The translations under genes and the position numbers were made by a program. From the NCBI GenBank assembly GCA_035939575.1, contig DASZFS010000049.1, forward strand, positions 1,518 to 65,517: 64,000 nt of DNA, read 5' to 3'. Positions 9,580 through 17,019 of this stretch are shown one piece after another. How positions within the stretch are numbered: the first letter of the stretch is position 1; each line of letters opens with the position of its first letter. Origin of the DNA: Vicinamibacterales bacterium (GTDB lineage: Bacteria; Acidobacteriota; Vicinamibacteria; Vicinamibacterales; CAVVIG01). The notes under the pieces are model-generated. The model was not told the DNA's origin and did no database searches. It saw only the letters and a program-made list of their open reading frames with translations.

Positions 9580-12370
9580 TCATCTCGCATTCGATGCGCG
9601 ATAGGGTCGGGGCGAGCTTGTCAGTGAGCGGGATGGCGATCTCGCGTCCGCCGGGGCTCGGGTGCCGCAGGTCGGGCATGGCGCCGAGGATATCGGGGGA
9701 GATCGCGTCGGGCTCGAGGGTGGAGTTCGGCTCGGCGAGGGCGACCATGCGTCGGATTTCGTTTTGCAGCTGGCGCACGTTGCCGGGCCAGCGAAACAGC
9801 AGCAGGCGCTCCAGTGTGTCTTCGGCGACGTCGAGATGGCCTTTCTCGTAGTCCCGCGCGGCGAGGGTGACGAAGTGTTTGATCATGGCGGGGATCTCGT
9901 CGCGCCGTTCGCGCAGTGGCTTGATCGCAAGGCGCACGACGTTGAGGCGGTAGAAGAGGTCCTCGCGGAATTTCCCGTCGCGGACGGCGTCTTCGAGGTT
10001 GGCGTTGGTGGCGGCGACGACGCGGACGTTGACGCGGAGGGGGGCGGGCGCCCCGAGCGGGGCGATTTCGCCGGATTCGAGGAAGCGGAGGAGCTTTGGC
10101 TGCAGGTCGAGGCTCATCTCGCCGATTTCGTCGAGGAAGAGGGTGCCGTCGACGGCGCTGCGGATCAGGCCGAGTTGGTCGCGGTCGGCGCCGGTGAAGG
10201 CGCCGCGGCGGTGGCCGAAGAGCTGGCTCTCGAGGAGGTCGCGGGGGATGGCGGCGCAGTTGAAGGGCACGAAGGGCTTCTGGGCGCGGTCGGAGAAGTC
10301 GTGAATGGCGCGCGCGAGGATCTCCTTGCCTGTGCCGCTCTCGCCGGTGATGAGGACGTTGACGGTTGTGCGTGCGACGCGCTGGGCGAAGGTGGTCAGC
10401 TCGCGCATCTGGCCGGACAAGACGGCGTCACAGTGCGGCAACGGCAAGAACTCATCGGGTGCCCATAAATTCGAACGCCTCTCACGCTCGATGCGCCATT
10501 TATCTAGTTCGCGAAGTTTCTCTATCATTGCTCCCATCAGGGCAAGAGCGGCCTCGGACTCGATGTCAGGATTTGCGACGACAACAAGCTCTACCGCTTT
10601 CTCGCCATCGTCGCTTATCAAGAATCGTCTTATGTCGTTCTTCGATGATGATGATGGCTCGATCATAGACTCACGAGACTGCAGACTGCGTTTTTCTACC
10701 CTGGCTAGGCTGCAACATCCGATTCCTGTCAGTAGCTCACCCAACTCCGCAGCCACCAGCTCTGGTCGTGAAGGGTGGAGCATCGCCGTTGCCAATGAGT
10801 GGAGAACCTGCCGTCCGTCCGCAAAGATTTCGCATTCTTTGTCGAGGTGCGATCGACTCGGCGCGAAGTCCTCTAGATGCATCAATGTGGGAACATCTCC
10901 AGAGGCTTCGCAGATTCTCTTAGCTCGTGCCAGATATTGCCTCGCGCTAGCACGTTGCTCCGAATGAGCCGAGCTCCTGGATACCACAAACTCGAATCTC
11001 GCAAGAGACTCTGATGAATGGCCCTCCGCGCTGCTCATGACTTCCCGCAGAACGCCGATGCAGTTGACTGTCTTGTCCAACCTCTGAAGAATTTCAGCGT
11101 TTGTCAGTAGCGCAGATTTAAGAAGGCTGTGATCCCCCGTCACGCGCGACAAATGTATGGTTTGCCAGATCGCCGACAGTGCCTCGCTGAACATTCCTTG
11201 TTGCGCAAGAAGCCTGGCTCTGGTGTGTTCGGCATACCTGTGCGCGTAGAAAGCCCGATCGCCCTCCGTGTGAATTGTTGAATCGATCTGTACGAGTAAT
11301 TCGTTGCATTCTTCAAATCGCCCCTGCGCCAGCCTGGTCTGTGCCAATGCTTCGAGGACTCCATTATGTCTGTTGCCTTTTGAAGGAAGAATGCTGAGCG
11401 CCGTCTCAAAATATCCGACGGCCCGGTCGAATTCTCCAGAAATGAAGAGAAGACTCCCGGTATTTGCGGCCGCAGATCGACGAGACGCCGCAGAGCCCGA
11501 TTGTTCCGAGACGCTAAGTGCTCGTTCAGAGTGGTACTTGCCTTCTTCCAGCTGAGAACGCAAGACACACACAGCGAGCAAAATGTTCTCGGCTAATCCT
11601 TCCAGCCAGAGGTTTGGAATGCCGGCGATCAGCTGCTGGCCGAGTCTGACATGGCGAACGGCACTGTTCAGGAGTCCACGTCGTGCCTCCATCTCCCCGA
11701 CAAACATGTGAAGTTGAGCGGTGGTCTCGGGGTCGCCCAGCTTCGTGGTTGAACGCCGAAGATCATATAAGAGAGGAGTTGCTGCTTCGGGGCCTGAACG
11801 GTCCGAGACAACGGCTAGCAGTTTGCTTTGAATCCAGCAAAGCTGCCTCAAATTGCCACTCTTTGCGGAGAGGGCCGCGGCTCGCTGCAAGCGTGCGGTC
11901 CCTTCATCGGTGCAACCATCCTCAATGAGAACTCGGCCGAGGATGTTCTCACAACTTGCTAGCTGCGTTGGCGTAAGTCGGGGAGAATGTCGGAGTCGTT
12001 CTGACATGACTCGGGCCTGCGGGTGGTCACCGAGAATCTCAAGAAGTTCGGCTCTCGTGATTTGCGCTTCGGTTGACTCGGACGCGTTCTTAGAGAGCCC
12101 CTGATCCAGACTTTTAAGGGCTTCCCAATAACGACCCTGTCGCTGCAGACTGAGGACCGAGGCGAAGTGTTCGCTCTGCTCTTTTTTGTCTCGCACAAGG
12201 TGGATTCTTGCAGAGTTGACGACGTTTAGAGCCCTTTGAGGAACAAATCCCGGGATTAGCGTGCAACAGCTAGTCCAGGGCCGTGCGCCAAGCTGTGAGC
12301 ACTCAGTGAATACGCGGCTCTTTCTCCATGGTTTCGAAGGAAGGATGCACAGGTCCCGAAGGGGCTGCAA
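9473..12370 (-). CDS. sigma-54-dependent transcriptional activator (bEBP) with long TPR-like plus GAF-like N-terminal region
   Basis: Walker A GESGTGKE, GAFTGA loop (HRRGAFTGA), Walker B TLFLDEIGE and a C-terminal Fis-type HTH (AAKALGISRKGLYLKRQRLGL). The N-terminal ~640 aa is helical-repeat-like. Start uncertain: TTG 12370 (68-nt overlap with the upstream gene) or GTG 12196. Confidence 0.85.
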   Translation of the reverse strand: MQPLRDLCILPSKPWRKSRVFTECSQLGARPWTSCCTLIPGFVPQRALNVVNSARIHLVRDKKEQSEHFASVLSLQRQGRYWEALKSLDQGLSKNASESTEAQITRAELLEILGDHPQARVMSERLRHSPRLTPTQLASCENILGRVLIEDGCTDEGTARLQRAAALSAKSGNLRQLCWIQSKLLAVVSDRSGPEAATPLLYDLRRSTTKLGDPETTAQLHMFVGEMEARRGLLNSAVRHVRLGQQLIAGIPNLWLEGLAENILLAVCVLRSQLEEGKYHSERALSVSEQSGSAASRRSAAANTGSLLFISGEFDRAVGYFETALSILPSKGNRHNGVLEALAQTRLAQGRFEECNELLVQIDSTIHTEGDRAFYAHRYAEHTRARLLAQQGMFSEALSAIWQTIHLSRVTGDHSLLKSALLTNAEILQRLDKTVNCIGVLREVMSSAEGHSSESLARFEFVVSRSSAHSEQRASARQYLARAKRICEASGDVPTLMHLEDFAPSRSHLDKECEIFADGRQVLHSLATAMLHPSRPELVAAELGELLTGIGCCSLARVEKRSLQSRESMIEPSSSSKNDIRRFLISDDGEKAVELVVVANPDIESEAALALMGAMIEKLRELDKWRIERERRSNLWAPDEFLPLPHCDAVLSGQMRELTTFAQRVARTTVNVLITGESGTGKEILARAIHDFSDRAQKPFVPFNCAAIPRDLLESQLFGHRRGAFTGADRDQLGLIRSAVDGTLFLDEIGEMSLDLQPKLLRFLESGEIAPLGAPAPLRVNVRVVAATNANLEDAVRDGKFREDLFYRLNVVRLAIKPLRERRDEIPAMIKHFVTLAARDYEKGHLDVAEDTLERLLLFRWPGNVRQLQNEIRRMVALAEPNSTLEPDAISPDILGAMPDLRHPSPGGREIAIPLTDKLAPTLSRIECEMIKAALRSHHGRLEPAAKALGISRKGLYLKRQRLGL

Positions 12371-14684
12371 GCTGCGAAAGAGCGGTGGTGTCGATGGGAC
12401 TGCAAGCGACTGAAACGGTCGCCTCTGTCTTAAGAAGAATACCGCTCGCCGTACGAACCGTCTGATGAATCAATCTGTCGCGAATCCCAAGGCCGATTGC
12501 ATTGGCGCTAAGCATTGGCGTATCGGGCAGGAGAACGATGAATCTCTCGCCTCCGTGGTAGAAGAGAGAATCAGATTGGCGAAGGTGCCTTCGAACTGTA
12601 TCGGCCGTCTCGCTGAGAAGGTCGTAAGCGGCGCCGCTGCCGAGCGGAGCAGCAACCTTGCCGATACTATCGATCGTAATATGGAGAAGTGCGTGTTCTG
12701 ACCTCGCTCGAGAAGTTGCTCCAACGAGCTCAATCAAGCGGTTGAAGTTGGGAAGCGCCTTCAAAGGGTCGCGTTTGGTCGCCTGATCAAAAGCGACACT
12801 TCGGCGAAGAGCCCTTGCGGCCTCCCTAGCCACAGCTTCGATGATTCGTCGATGATCCTCGTTGAAACCGCTGACCTCCGTGGAATAAATCGACAGGACG
12901 CCAACAAGGTCGTCGTCCGTCGCGAGCGGAGTGCACAGACAACTCCTGAGAGAGAGCGCGTGTGGCCTCGCAGTGTCGCCAAAGTCTAGGACTGGGTCGG
13001 AATTGATGATGGTTTGGCGGTTCGCCGCAACCCAACCGCTTAGCCTTTGACCGAGGGGAACGCGAAGGCCCCTAACAAGAGATGCCCCTTCCCCAGTTGC
13101 GTGCCTCGCTTCGAGTTCAGCAGTGCCTTCGTCCACAACGAAGAACACACACAGCGAACATGAGATCAGGCGTCTGAGATGTCTTGCGCTTATATCGGCG
13201 GCGTCAATTGCATTAACCTGGGCGCTCAAGTCTCGAGCCAGTTCGTGCAATGTGAGCGTTTCGTCGACACTGGCGGAAATCCCGTCGAGTATCGGCGCAC
13301 CAAGCGTCGGCGGCACCGCCTTGCGAGCGCTGGCGATTTCGTCAAGGGCGCGCGGCGAAGGACCGCTGGCCGACGGTGCCGGCGCGATTAAGTCATGGAC
13401 TTTGACGAAGGTGTCAACAACTAGCGGGTCGTACATGCCGCCCCGCCGCTGCATCAGTATGTTGAGGGCTTCTGAGTCGCTGAGTCTCGGCCGGTACGGA
13501 CGGTCGGACGTCAGTGCGTCAAAGCAATCGACGACTGAAAGAATGCGCGCTCCTATTGGAATGTCGGTTCCTCGGAGCCCAGCCGGATAGCCTGTGCCAT
13601 CCCAGTTCTCATGGTGATGGCGAACTATAGGCACGACTGGGTAGGGAAAATCGATCGCCGAGAGGATGTCAGCGCCTACGCTGGCGTGCAGTTTCATCTT
13701 GTCGAATTCAGCGGCCGTCAGTTTGCCTGGCTTGTTCAAGATATATTCTGGAACCGCTAGTTTTCCCATGTCGTGGAGCAGCGCGGCCGCTTCAATTGCC
13801 TTGAGCAGACGTTCTTCCTTGATTCCGACATAGCCGGCTAAACCAGTCGCGTACGTCTGCACTCGTCGAATATGCCCGTGCGTAACCTGATCTTTGGCGT
13901 CGATCGCCATCGCAAGGGTTTCAATTGTCGAGAGGTAGAGCGTATTGAGCTCAGACAAATGATTGCTAGCGTCTTCAACGCGCCCCATCGCGGTTCGGAA
14001 TGTCAAATAGGAAACGACGAGCAATGGGACGATTATGGCAAGAGTGCTGTAGTTGAATCGGTTCGAGTATGTGACCAGCAAAGCTGCGACTGACGCTCCG
14101 CTGAAATAGTTGACGGAGAGCCAAGTGAAGTTCTTCCACCAGATTTCAAACGGTGATTTTCTAGTCTCGAATCCGAGAGCGACCGCGACCAGCCAGCTAT
14201 TTAGAAGAAAGTACAGAGCGGTGAAGACGACGAGTGGAAGGAATAAGCCCTCAAGCTGGGTAACCTTTTCGGAGTAAGGCGGTTGGCCGGATATCAGGAA
14301 GAACGCGCTGCCAGAGACCCAAATTGCGATTGCCGGTGCAGCAGTATTGAAAAGGACTCGGTGGACCGGCCGGCTTCCCGGCTTCATCCAAAAGAGAATG
14401 ATGAGGCACTCTAAGAGAACCGTTATAGCGCCAGCGGAAGGACCGAATATCAGTACTGAGGCAAAGACGAATGTCTCAGATACGGACAGACTTGCATTTA
14501 TCGTAGGGACCTTGACCGTGAAAGATCCCGTAAGTAGCGTGAGACCAGCCAGGATAAACCACTGCCGGCCGATGGGTTCCAGGTAGAGAACTTGGACCGA
14601 ACGCGCAACGGTGGCCGCGCCAAGGAGCACGACGGCAGCTACGTAGGCTCGGGCAAGCGGTCGTAACTTCAGGAACTCTTGCAT
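12303..14684 (-). CDS. multi-pass membrane HD-GYP protein with GAF and degenerate GGDEF (GGERF) domains
   Basis: About 7 N-terminal hydrophobic spans. HD...HHENWDGTGYP (HD-GYP) is present, followed by a GAF-like block (VFFVVDEGTAELEARH...LVGVLSIYS) and a GGDEF-like C-terminus with YHGGERFIVLL. ATG 14684 is preceded by GGAG at 8-nt spacing. The ORF track starts at GTG 14693. Confidence 0.85.
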   Translation of the reverse strand: MQEFLKLRPLARAYVAAVVLLGAATVARSVQVLYLEPIGRQWFILAGLTLLTGSFTVKVPTINASLSVSETFVFASVLIFGPSAGAITVLLECLIILFWMKPGSRPVHRVLFNTAAPAIAIWVSGSAFFLISGQPPYSEKVTQLEGLFLPLVVFTALYFLLNSWLVAVALGFETRKSPFEIWWKNFTWLSVNYFSGASVAALLVTYSNRFNYSTLAIIVPLLVVSYLTFRTAMGRVEDASNHLSELNTLYLSTIETLAMAIDAKDQVTHGHIRRVQTYATGLAGYVGIKEERLLKAIEAAALLHDMGKLAVPEYILNKPGKLTAAEFDKMKLHASVGADILSAIDFPYPVVPIVRHHHENWDGTGYPAGLRGTDIPIGARILSVVDCFDALTSDRPYRPRLSDSEALNILMQRRGGMYDPLVVDTFVKVHDLIAPAPSASGPSPRALDEIASARKAVPPTLGAPILDGISASVDETLTLHELARDLSAQVNAIDAADISARHLRRLISCSLCVFFVVDEGTAELEARHATGEGASLVRGLRVPLGQRLSGWVAANRQTIINSDPVLDFGDTARPHALSLRSCLCTPLATDDDLVGVLSIYSTEVSGFNEDHRRIIEAVAREAARALRRSVAFDQATKRDPLKALPNFNRLIELVGATSRARSEHALLHITIDSIGKVAAPLGSGAAYDLLSETADTVRRHLRQSDSLFYHGGERFIVLLPDTPMLSANAIGLGIRDRLIHQTVRTASGILLKTEATVSVACSPIDTTALSQLAAPSGPVHPSFETMEKEPRIH

Positions 14685-14788
14685 GGCGGCCACTCCTCTA
14701 TGGAAGTGGCCCCAACGTTATCGGTCTAGTTGCCCCAAACGATTAGTGAGCGCATGACTCTCTCCCTTAGGTAGTTACCAAAACTGTG

Positions 14789-16585
14789 CTAGTTGACGAG
14801 GTCTTGGCCCCAGATGATCGTGTCGGCCTCGACGTTTTGGCCCCAGATGATGGTGTCTGCGGTGCTTTGCCCCCATATGATGGTGTCACCAGCGTTCTGA
14901 CCCCAAATAATGGTGTCGCTCGCGTTTTGCCCCCAGATGATGGTGTCTCCAGCGCTCTGCCCCCAAATGATGGTGTCTGCAGCCGACTGGCCCCAGATAA
15001 TCGTCTGGCCTTGGACAAGGGTTTGACCCCAAATGATGGTCTGGCCCCAGATGATGGTTTGCCCCCAAATAATCGTCTGGGCACGGAGAAGTGGATCGAC
15101 CTTGGGCACGATCAACAGGCCTCGCGCCTGCACAATCTCGCCACCGATCGACATTTCTGGAATTGAATGTTTCGTGAGGCTCCGGGACGATAGGGTGACA
15201 GCTGCCAAGACATTCAGGCTGCCGGCGCCGACGCCAACCAGGCCCTCTGTCTGAACCGCTGACGCGCTAACCTGAACTGTTCCCTTTACTGCATATGGCT
15301 TCATGTTCGGCCGCTGCTCCAGCACGAGCGCCACCGAACCGCTCACCACTGCCGCCGCCATGCTCGTCCCCGACAGCTGCATGTACGCGTCGTCGCCGCT
15401 GCCGGCCACATGCCGCTCGGGATGCATCGTCGCGAGGTACGCGTTGCTCGCCTGCGCGGACACGATGTGCGTCCCCGGCGCCGCGAGATCGGGCTTGATG
15501 ATCAAGTCGTACCGCGTCGGCCCGCGCGAGCTGAACGCGGCGAGCGTGTCGTCCGACCGCTGCGGCGTGCCATGGGTGTCCAGCGCCGCGACGGTCAGCG
15601 CATACGGGCTGTTCCCCGGCGACGTGATGCTCCCCATCACGGTCTTGCCATTCGCGCTGAGCCCCAGGTTCCCCGCTGCCGTCACCACCACGATGCCCGC
15701 GGTGACCGCGCGCTCAACCGCTTCGCACAGGGGATCGTCGCGATAGGGTTGAAGAACCGGCGTCCCGAGCGAGAGATTGATCACGCGAATCCCGAGCTCG
15801 TCCCGATGATCGACGGCCCAGTCCATCGCGTCGACCACGTTGCTCACCGTGCCCGAGCCGTCGTCACCCAGCGCGCGCAGGTTGACGAGACTCGCCCCCG
15901 ACGCGATGCCGCGGTACATCTGTGTGTCGGCGGTCCGCCCCGCCGCACCCGCGATGATGCCCGCCACATGCGTCCCGTGGCCGAACCGGTCCACGCCATC
16001 GCCGCCGGTGAAGTCCTTGGTGAAGATCACGCGATTGCGAAGCGCCGCGTGCTGGGTGTCGATGCCGGTGTCGATGATCGCGACCGTCACGCCGGTGCCG
16101 ATCAGCGGCCGCAGGTCTCCCTCGCCAGCCCACACCTGGTCCGCGCCAATGCTCTCCGCCGTCACGTCTGCCGCCGACCGGATGACGGTGTCGCCCGACA
16201 GATGATCGACCGCGTCATCCTGCTGCAACGCCGCGAGCTGACCGGCGTTGACGCGCAGCACCGCGCCCGTCTTGAGATAGCGCGCGACCACGACGTTGTA
16301 CCGCGCGGCCAGCGCGTCCACTTCCGCCTTGGTGCCGTGCACAATGACGTCGATGCGCGGCGACTGCACCAATAAGTGATCCGCGAGGTCCGCGCTCAGG
16401 CGCGCGCTGTGATGCTGCGCGCGGGCAGGCACCGCCATGCAGACCATGGCCATCGCACACACGAGCCCGCGGAGGGCCCGGGGAGTGATCGTGGCGACGT
16501 TCGCGACGCGTGCGACGTTTGCTGCGGGCGCCACGGGGCAGTCATGCGATGCGGTCGGATGTGTGTGGGCCATCGGCGGTCTCAT
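14789..16585 (-). CDS. secreted S8 (subtilisin-like) serine peptidase with C-terminal TIIWGQ repeat tail
   Basis: Catalytic triad contexts VAIIDTGID, HGTHVAGIIAG and SGTSMAAAVVSG are present. It has a signal-like N-terminus (AMAMVCMAVPARAQ) and 11 C-terminal xxxDTIIWGQ / TIIWGQ repeats. Confidence 0.9.
   Translation of the reverse strand: MRPPMAHTHPTASHDCPVAPAANVARVANVATITPRALRGLVCAMAMVCMAVPARAQHHSARLSADLADHLLVQSPRIDVIVHGTKAEVDALAARYNVVVARYLKTGAVLRVNAGQLAALQQDDAVDHLSGDTVIRSAADVTAESIGADQVWAGEGDLRPLIGTGVTVAIIDTGIDTQHAALRNRVIFTKDFTGGDGVDRFGHGTHVAGIIAGAAGRTADTQMYRGIASGASLVNLRALGDDGSGTVSNVVDAMDWAVDHRDELGIRVINLSLGTPVLQPYRDDPLCEAVERAVTAGIVVVTAAGNLGLSANGKTVMGSITSPGNSPYALTVAALDTHGTPQRSDDTLAAFSSRGPTRYDLIIKPDLAAPGTHIVSAQASNAYLATMHPERHVAGSGDDAYMQLSGTSMAAAVVSGSVALVLEQRPNMKPYAVKGTVQVSASAVQTEGLVGVGAGSLNVLAAVTLSSRSLTKHSIPEMSIGGEIVQARGLLIVPKVDPLLRAQTIIWGQTIIWGQTIIWGQTLVQGQTIIWGQSAADTIIWGQSAGDTIIWGQNASDTIIWGQNAGDTIIWGQSTADTIIWGQNVEADTIIWGQDLVN
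14804..15076 (-). repeat. coding tandem repeat, 18-nt (TIIWGQ) and 30/33-nt (xxxDTIIWGQ) units
   Basis: The protein tail reads TIIWGQ x3, TLVQGQ, TIIWGQ, then SAAD/SAGD/NASD/NAGD/STAD/NVEAD-TIIWGQ. The DNA shows CCCCA(G/A)AT(G/A)ATGGT... recurring with matching periodicity. Confidence 0.9.
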
Positions 16586-16590
16586 GGGTC

Positions 16591-16836
16591 CTAAGGATGT
16601 AAGGGACGCTCCGCGACGACGGACGCTCGGAACTCCTGCACCGAGTCGAGCAACACCCGCTGCGACCCGCCGCGCGTCCGAATTGTCTGAAGCCGCCCTT
16701 CCCGAATCCGGTTGTAGACCGTGCGGCGCGACACACCCAGCAACTGCGCAGCATGGTCCAGCGAGACGCTCCGTCCGATACGAGGTTCGACTTCGAGGTC
16801 GGTTTGCACGCGATCGTCAGCGTCGGTTGCGCTCAT
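16591..16836 (-). CDS. small excisionase/MerR-like helix-turn-helix protein (paralogue B)
   Basis: ...GRSVSLDHAAQLLGVSRRTVYNRIREGRLQTIRTRGGSQRVLLDSVQEF. 33 of 48 residues are identical to paralogue A by hand alignment. It ends 5 nt before the S8 peptidase start. Confidence 0.65.
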   Translation of the reverse strand: MSATDADDRVQTDLEVEPRIGRSVSLDHAAQLLGVSRRTVYNRIREGRLQTIRTRGGSQRVLLDSVQEFRASVVAERPLHP

Positions 16837-16864
16837 CTCAGTAGTGTCCGGTGCCGTCTATAAA

Positions 16865-16880
16865 GGCACGGCAGGTACCA
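16865..16880 (-). promoter_or_regulatory. candidate sigma-54 promoter (TGGTAC-N5-GTGCC) upstream of the HTH-B/S8 operon
   Basis: The minus strand reads TGGTACCTGCCGTGCC. GG-N10-GC spacing is correct and 8 of 11 consensus positions match. The -12 GC lies 30 nt upstream of ATG 16836, and a bEBP is encoded in the same gene string. Confidence 0.35.
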
Positions 16881-17019
16881 CGAACCGGAGCATCGCGGGG
16901 ATGGTATCTAACTCGTTGCTCAACAGTAAGTTGCTGGGCTAGCATGTCGGGGGGCTCAGCTGCCGTTTGACAGGCGGTTGGCCAAGAACCTGGCCTGTCA
17001 CAGGAAGTCTCCTCCATAG

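Noticed and set aside
9298-16836. The two Xis-like HTH genes as excisionases marking an integrative element
   Set aside because: I found no integrase or recombinase, no att-like direct repeats and no tRNA. The composition anomaly does not coincide with the HTH genes, which are both high-GC. I treat them as regulators instead.
16967-17000. TTGACA and inverted repeat TGACAGG-N19-CCTGTCA upstream of the ABC SBP gene
   Set aside because: There is no acceptable -10 at 16-19 nt from the TTGACA. The 7-bp inverted repeat could be an operator, but a single short IR in GC-rich DNA is weak evidence.
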